A stretch of 64,000 nucleotides of DNA from the human T2T-CHM13v2.0 reference genome, Homo sapiens, in the NCBI RefSeq assembly GCF_009914755.1, contig NC_060927.1. One strand, 5' to 3'. The notes beneath the pieces were generated by a model. The model saw only the letters and a program-made list of their open reading frames with translations. It was not told where the DNA came from and did no database searches. Made by a program: the position numbers and the translations under genes. Numbering within the stretch: the stretch's first letter is position 1; each line of letters starts with the position of its first letter. Positions 43,141 to 58,602 of this stretch are shown here, piece after piece.

Positions 43141-44959
43141 TCTCTAATTTGTGTATCCCATATTTTACAGATTTTTTAAGCTAGTCAAATTTTACAATTT
43201 TTTTACTTCCAAAAATAGCAGTAATCAGCATCATATGTACATGTCCGTGTCCTCATATGTAGTAATTAAGATTACATGAGCCACTGTATTAAGTATCACC
43301 CACTTGAGGAAATACAAAGCAAGAGAAGAAAACCTATTTAAGAATTGGGTTTATATAACAGTGGTGTTGTCATTTTTGTAAACTGCTCTCCATTCATGCC
43401 AAATTATAGAGCAGCTTCGGAACAATTATATCATTAAATTTACGTTTTGTGTGATTTCAGTACTGAATGCCCTTTTCTTAACTTTCAGAGCCCACTGAAA
43501 GTTTCGGGGCTCACGTGGCCCACCATTGTCCCAGTCACTCAGCAAACACATCAGTGCCCTCATGTGGAGGGCTCCACGCCAGCTTCTGTGATGACAGAGG
43601 TGAATACTACCGGCTGCTTGTCCTCGAGCACGTACAATGTAACAAACTTGTAAATAAAATAAGCACATTATAATACAGCATGTTAAGTGTTACAACAGAA
43701 ACACAAGAGACCAGAAAATCAGCACCTCTGTAGGGAATCTGATGAAGTCATGGAGAGGTGCCATCTGAACTGGGCTTTGAGGAATGAATAGGAGTTTTCC
43801 AGGTGAAGGGACCAGGGGGAGGAATCATGATGGGCAGACGCTCCAGATGAAAGCAGGTGTGCCTGGGGTTAGCGAGCTGCTTCCTGTGCAAGCAGCATAG
43901 GATATGGAAGATGGGGCCGTGACCTGGAGCTAAGATAGTTGGCTGAGGCCATATCATGAAGACCCTTGCATACGAAGGTGGGGATTCCATCCTGGAGGTA
44001 GGAACAGGAGTAGCTTTGATTTGGGAGAGGAAAGCTCTGCAGATGGTGTAAAAGGTAGGTTGGAGTTAAAAAAATTTTTTTTAAGTTCCATTTTAAGAAA
44101 AAAGAAGATAAAATAACATTTCATGAATTTTTTTCTGTCCTAATAAATATATGTTTCAACAATGCTTCTGTAGCTTGCGTAAAATAACGCTATAGTGTTT
44201 AAGCAAACTGTTACATGGGGAGATTTGAGGTTACTTGTGTTTTGTTTTGCCTTTTTCATCTATGAGTTATTGTAAACAGTTAGGCACAGATTCTAAATTA
44301 CTTCCTTAAGATAAATCAGTAACGAAACTGCTGAGTTAAAGGTATGTACATTTTTCGGGCTTTAAATAAATCAGTTAAATTGTCCTCCGGAAAGGTTGTA
44401 CCAATTTCTTCCCTACTAGGAGTGTTTAAGAATGCCCGTTTGCCCAGCACCCAGTATAGATCAGTACAGACATACAATAAGCAATATCTCACTGTATTAA
44501 TGGACCTGTTTTTGCTACTGAAGTCACACGTTCTTTTTCATGGGGGGTGGTGGCGGGAGGAGAGGACATTTGTATTTCTTCTTTTGTGAATTACCTGTTG
44601 CCATTTACCCATTTTTCTACTGGTACGTTTGCCTTTTTATTTTCTTGCGCTGTAAGAGTTCTCTATATATTAAGGGCATCCTGTTGTTGCTATATGCGGT
44701 GTAAATAAGTTCTTTCAACTTATTATTGCTGTACGTGTCTAACTTCAATCCCTGGGAGAAGAGACAGATTTGAATCCTCCACGGCACATAGCTCAGTCTC
44801 TCTTCTGCGGCAGCTGCCCAACATATATGCCAAGATGAGCGAATTATTTTTGTCCAAGCTACTTTATGAAACTCATTCTGCTCCACTCCAGAAATGGAAG
44901 GGATCCATCAAACGTTCAGACTCCCCTTGCTCACAGCAGCATCAACACAGTCTCCTTGT

Positions 44960-45812
44960 TTCCTTCATTCATCTAACAAATGTTTACTGAGCCCCTGGTA
45001 TGTGCCAGGTACTGTTCTTGGCACTAGGGAAACCATAATGGGCAAAATCTTTCATTCTAGTTGGAGGACTCAGATAATAAAGAAAACAAAATATGTATGA
45101 CGTTCAATTGTGATCAGCACTATAAAGTACGTCAAAGTACAGAAGGGGAGACTGAATTTGTAGGCAGCATGGTCATGGTAGACCTCGCTGAGAAGGGGCA
45201 TGAAGGTGGAGGTAGAGGGTTTAGACAAGTGGATATGTAGAGGAGAAGGCTTCTGAGCAGACTAAGCAATGCACAGAAAGGTCCCAAGGCAAGAGCAGGC
45301 CCAGCGCATTAAAGGGACAAGAAAGACGTCCATGTGGCTGCGGTGCAGTCAGCAAATTAAGGAGGCAGGGGAGGGGCGCAGGTCGTGCATGGCTTTGCAG
45401 CTGTTGTCAGAGCTTTTCTTCTGAGTGAAATGGGAGGATTGGAGCAAAGAAGTGGTGTGTTCTGCCTTATGTTGTAAAAAGACAGCCCTGGCTGACACAC
45501 TGGGACTAGACTGGGGTGGGGGCTGAGCTGGAAACAGGGAGACCTGTAGTAGTGCAGGTGAGAGATGATGGCATCGTGGACCATCTCGGTGGTAGCACTG
45601 GAGATGCTGAGGAGGGGCCACATTCTGGGCACAGTTTGATGGCCTTAGAGCCAGCAGAATTTCCTGGTGCAAAATGTGAGAGGAGAATAAAGAACGGTGC
45701 TGAGGATTTCGGCCTGAGCACCTGAAGGATGCAACTGACGTTAACTGAGATGGGGAAGATGCAGGTGGGGCAGGTCCAGAGGAAAAGATCAGAACTTCGA
45801 TTTTAGAAATGT
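44960..45812 (-). mobile_element. L2 fragment
   Basis: cattcatctaacaaatgtttactgagcccctggtatgtgccaggtactgttct... Confidence 0.7.
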
Positions 45813-45815
45813 GGA

Positions 45816-46925
<1,110 letters not shown>

Positions 46926-47322
46926 CCAAGTTTTACTTTTATAATAAAAAGTAAACCATATTAATTTTTTTAAAAAATAATAGCATGTAAGTTATAACAT
47001 ATAAGAGGAATAATTGAGGCTTGTGTCCAGAACTTGAAATTTAAATTTAGGTCAATTCCACATTCTCTGCGATCCCACTGCAGGCCAGACACTCTGCTAG
47101 TTCAGGGGATACTGAGATGAACAAAGGTGGTCCCTGCCCTGCCACAGCGGGCTGTTCGACAGGCTCCAGGCCCGTTTCAGTAAATGCTATCATCAAAGTC
47201 CAAACCAAGACCTGGGGGAGTAGAAGGAGGAGGTAGCAGTGAGACTATACACAATCCCTGTACTATAAAAATGGCGAAAGCATGCAGATCAATAGACAGC
47301 CTCTGGGCCACACTGAGTGAAT

Positions 47323-47328
47323 TTTAAT
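47323..47328 (-). terminator. MUC20: Probable MUC20 polyadenylation signal ATTAAA
   Basis: tttaat on + strand, ~310 nt past the stop codon. Confidence 0.7.
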
Positions 47329-47636
47329 GCAGGATGGAAGCACACAGATGGGTGATCAGGTCTCTCTTTACTGAAACACAGAACATGTGCCAAGGTGAGT
47401 CCAAGGACACCTCTGGGAACAGGTGAAGCCCCTCCCCATACATACACTCCGGTGGATGTGAGCGAGGGTCCTGTTGCCACATCTGGGGTTAGGGGCTTGG
47501 ACATGCTGCCCTTCATGGGAACCTTCTGGGTACCTCTCAGCACAGTAACGCAGCTGCAGTCTGTCGGTGGGGGCCCAGGCTAGGGGCAGCACCCTCTTTT
47601 GGCATACGGGACATGCCTGGCTGCAGCTGATGTCCG

Positions 47637-47705
47637 TTAGCCTCTCCTGACACGCAGTAAGGAGACCTGGAAGTGAGGCGCGTGGGCGTGGAGTTCCCGG
47701 TGGAG
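47637..47705 (-). CDS. MUC20: MUC20 exon 4, coding part
   Basis: ctctccag|LHRELHAHAPHFQVSLLRVRRG* (TAA). Confidence 0.95.
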   Translation of the reverse strand, partial: LHRELHAHAPHFQVSLLRVRRG

Positions 47706-48182
47706 CTGGAGAGCAAAAGAGCCAGCTGTCCTTTCAGCCCATCTGGCCCATGAGCTCGCCAGAGGCAGAGGACAGGAAGGGACACTGGGGCAGAGTGCAT
47801 GCGGAGGACGGCAACCCTTCCTGGGCCTCCTACATGCTGGACACAGGCTGGTGCCTCACACACATTATGTCATCTAAACCTCACAGCAACCTTATAAAGC
47901 AGGTGTTAGGATCCTCATTTTATAAGGGATGAAAGTCGCATAGAATAACTTATCCAAGATCACACAGTTGGGAACTAGAATTCACACCCAGATCTAGCTG
48001 GTTCCTAAGCTCATTGTCTAATCCCTGAGCCCAAACTGTTGGGCTGTCCCCGGACGAGAACTGATGCCCAACCCCATGTGGCCTGGTGCCTGCGCCTCAG
48101 CTGCCTGACCTGCTCCTGATCTCCCGGTTTCTTTCCGATTCCTGAAATCATTTCTGGTTTGGGGGCTTAGACCTGAGATTCA

Positions 48183-48842
<660 letters not shown>

Positions 48843-49588
48843 GCAATTGGCTTCCCTCTCCCACAAGGATTCACACTCGCTACTTTGATTATCACATGCC
48901 GGGGGCATTTGTCACTTATTTGGCCATCGGGTGTCGAGCCCCCGTGCCATGTTTAGGGAACTCCTTACAGTGGGAGTCACGATCGGCCTCACTGCTGCTA
49001 AGAGAACTCCAAGGACGCAGACATCCCTTCTTCCCGTCCCCTGGCACCTGGCTGTGGGCTCATGGGAGTACAAGGGCTAAGCTCGGCCTATCAAATGTTC
49101 CTACTCAGGACTTTGGCTCTGGAGCAAAAAGTCCAGTGAGACAAAAAGGCAGCGAGAACCTATGTGAATGTGTGTGCAGGCCACGTGATGCCCCTTGGCT
49201 GTGGCAGCATCCAATAGTGACTGACCAGCAAGAGGGACAGTGTCCCAGCCAGCCTGATCCCACTGTCTGGACCCCAGAGCTCCTGGGGGCCCTCCTGCCT
49301 ATTTTCCAAGCCTGCTGTCCTGGCATTGCTTTGATTCTATGCACTCTGGGACGCTGCCAACAAATCCCCCTTTTACTTACGACAGACAGAGGTTTTCTTT
49401 CGCCTGCAACAAAGGATCCCACTCTCCACGGACATATCTTGCTTCCCTCTGCTAAGGGCAATCATTCCACCTGTCCAGCCTGGCTATGAACTCTACACCT
49501 GGCATAAGACCCCCAGCCAGCATCTCTGCCAGGTTTACCCTTGCAAGGGATGACAGGAAGCCTGAGCCACTTTTCAGCAGTGTGGCAC

Positions 49589-49700
49589 CCATTGACTGTG
49601 AGAGGTGCTGAATGCAAGCTTCAGGTATTAGCAAGGGCACTGTCCCATTGACTGTGAGAGGTGCTGAATGCAAGCTTCAGGTATTAGCAAGGGCACTGTC
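49589..49700. repeat. Perfect 56-bp tandem duplication
   Basis: ccattgactgtgagaggtgctgaatgcaagcttcaggtattagcaagggcactgtc x2. Confidence 0.95.
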
Positions 49701-50168
49701 AAAGAGGCAATCCACATTAGACTGTGCACTGGGCCTGTTTTCACGGTTACATCTGTGAGCAGAGCTTAGACACTTCCCATCATGCCCCATCTGCTACTTT
49801 GTACCACACATTAGGAGAACAACCCACCCCTCAGTAAGGCCAGGCCCGTGACATCTGCACTGAGCTGACCCAGTCTAACCTCCAACAAGCCACACCATCC
49901 CCATCCTCAAAACCCTGACCCCGGAACTTTACCATTGGAAGTTCTATCCAGTGGGTTTTAGGAGAATTTTCCCAACTTGTACAAATACATCCCAATCATG
50001 GTCCTCATCTAGAGTATACATCTCTGCGGTTTTTTCTGCCTAGCCTCCCTATTTTCTTGGGGCTCATCCTTCCTCTATGGGATCCTGACTGGGTTGTCAG
50101 TCATGGTGACCCTTGCAGGCCATGGAGACCTGCACTTCCCCAGATGACATGAAAATTTGGGGAGAGGG

Positions 50169-50781
<613 letters not shown>

Positions 50782-51079
50782 TCAGTATCACTGACCTTTG
50801 CCTCAGAGGCCAGAAGGCCAAGCTTCCAAGGACCAGAAGAAACTGGGGGCTCTAGGAGTCACATGTTTACATTGCAGAGAAGGAAATGAAGAACTCGGAG
50901 AAGGCAGGCAGAAGCAAAGCCAGGCAGAGATCCTCAGATTCAGCTCCCAATTCTCCGTAAGAAACGAGACTCCCTTCCAAGTGCGGTAGCTGCTCTTCTG
51001 TGTCCTGCGGGTCTTCCCTGCAGCCCCTGCGAACCTCGCCCCTTCCTCTACTCCCCTGGCCCGGAAAGTGCCCACTCAC

Positions 51080-51171
51080 CTGCTGCATCAGCCTTTCTGC
51101 CACTCTGGGGTCAGTGAGGTCTTCCGGGGAAGCCACACTCAGCCGCAGGAGGAGGAAACCTCCATTTTCAC
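51080..51171 (-). CDS. MUC20: MUC20 exon 3
   Basis: ttgcag|GT GAA AAT; GENGGFLLLRLSVASPEDLTDPRVAERLMQQ|gtgagt. Confidence 0.95.
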
Positions 51172-51202
51172 CTGCAAATGGAGAACAGTAAGATGAAAAT
51201 CA

Positions 51203-51548
<346 letters not shown>

Positions 51549-51725
51549 TCATGTGCAGAAAATTACACACAAGAGACAATCTCACGGGTTACATGTGTGG
51601 AGAGAACTGGGTGGGGGCACAGCCAGGGGAGAAAGGCATTTTATGGTGAACCTTTTCGTACCTTTCCATTTCAAATCATATGAATGTCTTATCTAATCAA
51701 CAAATAATAAAGTATTTTTCTTTCC

Positions 51726-52720
51726 AGGGAAAAGAAGGAGCGATCAGACTGTCACTGTGTCTCTGTAGAAAGGAAAGACATGAGACTCCATTTTGAAAAA
51801 GACCTGTACTTTAAACAAGCTTTGCTGAGATGTTGTTAATTTGTAACTTTGCCCCAACCTTGAGCTCATAAAAACATGTGTTGTATAAAATCAAGGTTTA
51901 AGGGATCTAGGGCTGTGCAGGACGTGCCTTGTTAACAAAATGTTTACAAGCAGTATACTTGGTAAAAGTCATCGCCATTCTCTAGTCTCAATAAACCAGG
52001 GGCACAATGCACTGTGGAAAGCCGCAGGGACCTCTGCCCTTGAAAGCAGGGTATTGTCCAAGCTTTCTCCCCATGTGATAGTCTGAAATATGGCCTCGTG
52101 GGATGACAAAGACCTGACCGTCCCCCAGGCTGACACCCGTAAAGGGTCTGTGCTGAGGTGGATTAGTAAAAGAGGAAAGTCTCTTGCAGTTGAGCTAGAG
52201 GAAGGCCACTGTCTCCTGCCTGCCCCTGGGAACTGAATGTCTCGGTATAAAACCCGATTGTACATTTGTTCAATTCTGAGACAGGAGAAAAACCACCCTG
52301 TGGCGGGAGGTGAGACATGTTTGCAGCAATGCTGCTTTATTATTCTTTACTCTGCTGAGATGTTTGGGTGGAGAGAAACATAAATCTGGCCTACGTGCAC
52401 ATCCAGGCATAGTATCTTCCCTTGAACTTAATTATGACACAGATTCTTTTGCTCACATGTTTCTTGCTGACCTTCTCCTTATTATCACCCTGCTCTCCTA
52501 CTACATTCCTTTTTGCTAAAATAATGAAAATAATAATCAATAAAAACTGAGAAAACTCAGAGACTGGTGCCGGTGCAGGTCCTTGGTATGCTGAGCGCCG
52601 GTCCCCTGGGCCCACTGTTGTTTCTCTATACTTTGTCTCTGTGCCTTATTTCTTTTCTCAGTCTCTCATCCCACCCGACTAGAAATACCCACAGGTGTGG
52701 AGGGGCAGGCCACCCCTTCA
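51726..52720 (+). mobile_element. HERV-K(HML-2) solo LTR, LTR5-like (probably LTR5A), antisense in MUC20 intron 2
   Basis: gggaaaagaaggagcgatcagactgtcactgtgtc...ggggcaggccaccccttca; TATAAAA 52246, AATAAA 52539; 6-bp TSD ctttcc. Confidence 0.9.
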
Positions 52721-52812
52721 CTTTCCAGAGCAGTTTAGCTACCATCTTCAACCCTGTCAGATGGGGTCGTGTTACCCACCTCCTAAGGCTGTTTTGAAGG
52801 TTAAATAGAGGA

Positions 52813-53088
52813 GATAACATATGCAAAGCTGGTGGCACACTGCCTGGCATCATAACATATGCAAAGCTGGTGGCACACTGCCTGGCATCAGATAACATAT
52901 GCAAAGCTGGTGGTACACTGCCTGGCATCAGATAACATATGCAAAGCTGGTGGTATACTGCCTGGCATCAGATAACATATGCAAAGCCGGTGGCACACTG
53001 CCTGGCATCAGATAACATATACAAAGCCGGTGGCACACTGCCTGGCATCAGATAACATATGCAAAGCTGGTGGCACACTGCCTGGCAC
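52813..53088. repeat. 40-bp minisatellite, ~7 copies, derived from a MIR
   Basis: gataacatatgcaaagctggtggcacactgcctggcatca, continuing MIR sequence from ~52750. Confidence 0.92.
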
Positions 53089-53351
53089 CGGAGAGAACGT
53101 TCTGCTGGGGCCAGTGCTTACTGGGTGTGAAACATGTTTATATCACCCCTGCCTATAACATGAAAGATATTCAATAATATCTTTATGTATTGAGTGGTTG
53201 TGATTAATATTTGTATTCCCACCTCCCCCAGAAAGGTGGTAACAAGCTGCGGATACACAGAGATGAGGCCCAAGGGCAGAGTGACAGGAAGTGGAGGTGG
53301 AGGCTACAGGCTGACCAGAAGCTGGACTGACCAAGCAGCCTCTGACAATGA

Positions 53352-53735
<384 letters not shown>

Positions 53736-54246
53736 TAAATCCCAGGAAATGCATCCAGCAGGCCCCACTTTCATGGGGTCCCAGCCTGTCAGAGAGCAGC
53801 AGCTTGGGCCTGATGCCTGCCTGCTGCTCCTCTGTGTGGCTATGGCTGGAATAGAAGCTTCCAGAGCTGCTCAACAGTGCACTTCACAGAAGGTCAGAGC
53901 TGGACAGGACTTCAGTGCCCATTCCAACCCTCTCCAAATACAGGTGGAGAAACTGAGGCCCAGAGAGGGACAGGGACTTGCCCAAGGTCACTCGGGTTGT
54001 TACAGGCAGAGCCGAGACCGCAAACCATTTCTCCGGACTTCCATCCCCACCCCTTTCCATACACAACCCTCCATCTGCCTTTTCCTGATTTCGCCAAGAA
54101 CCACTAGAAGATCACGAAGAGGCAACAGCAGGAGCAGGCTCTGAGTAGGCTCCAGATCCTTCCCTCCTCTCCACTCCTCAAGTGCGGAGACGTCCTGGAA
54201 ACTCCGCATCCCAAATCCCCGAAGATCACCAGCAGGAGCCACTTAC

Positions 54247-55626
54247 CTGCACTCACGTCTGTGGTCGGCCTCGTCCGGGCAGTCGTGGGCGTGGCTGTTG
54301 GGGGCTTCATCGTGGTCTTCGCTGAGGTTGTGATCTTGGCTAAGGTGCTGTTCGTCCCTCGGCTGCTGTTGGTTGTAGTCGGAGGGACAGAAGGAAGAGG
54401 GTCCCTGCTGGTGGGGAAGGGCCCCTTGGTTGCGATGTCCATGGTCGGTGTCTCTGAAGGGGTGAAGTTCTTGAGGGCGGCTTCCGAGGGGCTGTAGGAG
54501 GAAGCAGAGCTCCCAGCAAAGGAAGTTGTTTTGCCCACTGCTGACCCAGCCTCTATGGAGACCGGAGCTGCTCCTGAGACTTTGACGTAACTTGGTGTCT
54601 CAACAGAGAGGGCTGAGGTTTCTTCCAGGGGATTCCTGCTAACTGTGACCAGAGCTCCACTGAGGGTCGTGGCCCCGGGTGCTGTCACTTCTCTTTCTGT
54701 GGCGCTGTTAGTGGGGAGTGGGGTCCCAACCGTGGCATGAGGTGCAGCTGACTCTGTGGTGCCGGCTGTGGACAGGGTCTCGGCAGAGGCTGTGACCTCA
54801 GTGATGTGTGGTTTTGCTTCAGTGGAGTCAGGCAGAGCTGGTGGATCGGAGGTGGACGAGGCCTTCACCCCTTCCGTGGGGATGAGATCTATGTCTGAGG
54901 CCCCAGGGATGCTGGAAGTTGTTGTTTCTATTTCTGTGATGCTGCAATTAATAACCTCGATGTTTGTGACAGTCACCAGGGCTTCAGCGAGGAGAGTGAC
55001 ATCAGATCCCGGGGACCATGAGGGGGTGATGACTGGATGGGGGCCGTCGGAAGAGGCGCTGCTCTCTGAGGCCCGTGACGGGGTGATGACTGGATGGGGG
55101 CCGTCGGAAGAGGCGCTGCTCTCTGAGGCCCGTGACGGGGTGATGACTGGATGGGGGCCGTCGGAAGAGGCACTGCTCTCTGAGGACAGGCCCTTAGCTT
55201 CTGTGGAGGTGTGAGCCAATGTCAATATGTCCATTGTGAGTGTCTTTGCCTCTTCAGAGCTGTCATCGGTGCAAAGGGTGTCAAAGATGGCTTCCTCGGG
55301 ATCACTGCCTGTGATGGTCTGAACTGTGGTCATTCCAGCTCCCTCGGGGCTGCCACTGGCGGCTGATGTCTCCACGGAGGTGGCGATCAGCACCATGAAG
55401 TTGGGAGATGTTTTTGTGAAACTCCTGGTCTCTCTTGCAGGGGAAATTCTCTTGGCTCCCCTGGTCTCTGCTTCTGGAATGGGGCCGGCTGGGGTTGAGG
55501 CCCTAGAAGAGGTCTCAGCGCTCAGCGTTTGAGTTTCCAGAGCGGCGTGGCCCGGTGCTAGAGTCATAGCGGGCACTTCTGTGTCGTCCGTTGTCATCGC
55601 AGTGTCTGCTCTGCGGGTGCTGGGGC
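54247..55626 (-). CDS. MUC20: MUC20 exon 2 (PTS-rich, three 19-aa repeats)
   Basis: acacag|GC CCC AGC; GPSTRRADTAMTTDDTEVPAM...RPTTDVSA-G|gtaagt; 1380 bp. Confidence 0.97.
55014..55184 (-). repeat. MUC20: MUC20 coding 57-bp VNTR, 3 units
   Basis: SESSASSDGPHPVITPS(RA/RA/WS). Confidence 0.95.
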
Positions 55627-56634
55627 CTGTGTTGGTTAAGACTGACTTGGTGAGCCTGGGTTCCAGTGGACTTCACACAAGCTATTGCATTTACACCCTG
55701 GGCACTTCTGGGAGGAGGGTGGGGCAGGGGAGTGCCGTTACCTCATTTTTCATCTACATAAGCGAACAAGAAGGAGGCAGTCCTGGGAAGCCCAGGCCTG
55801 TGTGGCAGCCATGGAGCTGGGGTTGCCATGACTGGCGTCCTCTGAAACCCTGACAACTCACTTGGGGCCAGCAAGCCCCAGGATCTGCTGGCTATCGGCC
55901 TGCGTCTTTAAGAGGGGATGTGTGGGGCCAGCGTCCACCTTCCAGGGTGAGCCAAGAAGGCAGACCAGCGTCCAGGACTCGCAGAGCTTTCTGAACCTCT
56001 GTCGCCTTCCCCGGGTACTTTTCTCATCCAACACATAGTTCCCCATGGAAGTAAAAAACCCTTAAAAGACGAGAAAGGCCTATGATTGTGCCTTTCGGGG
56101 TAGCTGGGTGGATTGAGGCGGGGGAACCTCCAGAGACAGGGTGGGCAGTGCTGCTGCCAAAGCGAGGGAGCCGGCAGAGTCCTTGGGGCTCCGGCAAGGG
56201 AAAGACGGCACCCCCCACCCTGCCGAGGCCCCTCCTGAATGAGGGCCGAGAACTGCAGGGTTGGAGCCTGGGAACCATGGAAACCGTGGCCAGGCATTTT
56301 CCACAGGACACCGGGAGCCCCTGAGGCAACACCTAGCTTTTCAGAGAGCGGCTGCCGGCACTTCTGCCCAGAGCAGAGGCCTGTTCCCTTGACTGGCCCT
56401 GAGGTGGGAGGAATGGGAGTCCCCGAGGGAGGCTACGGTAGGATATCTTCCCTAGAGACAGGGTCTTGCTCTGTTGCCCAGGCAGGTCTTGAATTCCTGG
56501 GCTCAAGCGATCCTCCTGCCTCAGCCTCTTGAGTAGTTTACTACAAGATCTTTTCTGGCCTGAGAAAGGGGGCCTCCCCTGTCTAGAGGGAGATCGGGCT
56601 CTCCCTGTGAGTGGGCCAAGGAGCCTCTTGGAGA

Positions 56635-56827
56635 GGGTTTCTAGATTTAGCAAATAAAAATACAGGGTACTCGGTTAAATTTGAACTCGCAGTTCAGATA
56701 AATGACGAATAACTTTTTAGCATGAGTATTTCTCATGCAATATTGGCTACGTACTTACACTTAAAAAAAAATTGTTACCTGAAATTCAAATGTAACTGGA
56801 TGCCCTGTGTTTTATCTGGTAATCCCA
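56635..56827. mobile_element. MER53-like palindromic hAT MITE
   Basis: agggtttctagatttagcaaataaaaatacaggg...ccctgtgttttatctggtaatccc, with inverted arms. Confidence 0.8.
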
Positions 56828-58128
56828 GTCTTGGAAGGAAAAGGATCAAATACGAACCCCCTAATTCTCTGAGCCTTCTTGGTGCAGCCCACACAGCTGG
56901 AAGCCCAAAGGTGGCGCTCTTGGAGTCTGACCTCCCCTGGCACAGGGTTTGAGATGGTCTTTACCCGGCTCCACTGGCCCAAAAGTAGCTCATAGACCCA
57001 AAAGAGGCCTAGCACCTCTCCCCAGGACGTCAGGATGGGGCTCCAGGTCCCCAGCTGGTTGTCCTGTGGACCTCAGGGAATGACGAGGCAGGAGTCAAGA
57101 GCCTCGGTTGCAGCTCCCGCTGTGCCGCCCACGACCGGCTCTGGGGTCAGATGATCTGCTGGTTCAAATCCTGACTCAGCCTCCTACTAGCCAGGCCAGT
57201 CTCTAGACCCCTCCCAGCCTCCATGTCCTCACCTGAGAAAACAGGGTCACAATACCTGCCTTGCCAACGTGGTGAGGACCAGCGGAGAAGATGAAAGGGC
57301 TTATATTCCAAAGCCCACAAGGTAAGCATCCCTCCCCATGGAGTCCTCTCCCGGGCCCCTGGAAAGCACGCATAGTCGATTTGACTATAGTGAGGAGTGC
57401 GGGCTGCACCCCCAGGCAGTATAGGCGAGTCCCGGGCACCCACTCTCATCCCTGGTCCAGTGCGGCCCAGCTGCACACACAAATCTCACCTTTGCAGGAA
57501 CTGTTCGTCTGCCTTCATAATACAGTTTCTTCTCCCCACTTCAAGCCTGAGATCATTTCTCTGAGCCTTCTTGGTCCAGCCCACACAGCTGGAAGCCCAG
57601 AGTGGTGCCCTTGGAGCCCGACTTCCCCTGGCACATTTTCTGGCTTATCCAGGAGCCCCGGGGTGTCCTTTCTGCTGTGAAACCTCCTCATGCTCCCCAA
57701 GCCCACAGCCTCTCGGGTCCAAGGGGGTCTTCTCGAATACAGCAAATCCCAGCCCAGCCCCCTCAGTAGCTCTGGAACACTGCGGCTCTCCTGGTACAAT
57801 CTTCAAATCTGGTGGAGAGGAAAGCGTGTGGACTTGGGACCCTGAGTTGGAGAATCTGCTCTCTGCCCTGTGACCCTGGCCAAGTCTCTCAGCTCCAAGC
57901 CTGCATTTCCGCACCTGTAAGGTGGAGCTAACGGGACACGTGCAGCGCAGACCAGGCCACGGTGAGCACAGGCAGGAGGCCACGGGGTGCAGTGCTCAGG
58001 CCTGTGAGGAGTCAGATTCTGGCTCCGAGGAGTTGTTACTGGATGCCCAGAAGCACAGTGGCCTCATCCTTAAAGCAGTGGAGGTGGGGGGTGGTAAGAA
58101 CAGGGCCGATCTTGCAGGGCCGTTGTGA

Positions 58129-58602
<474 letters not shown>

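Noticed and set aside
54104-55597. 497-aa single-exon MUC20 ORF with a hydrophobic KWLLLVIF tail
   Set aside because: Read-through past the strong CAG|GTAAGT donor; the spliced 4-exon model fits better, though intron retention cannot be excluded.
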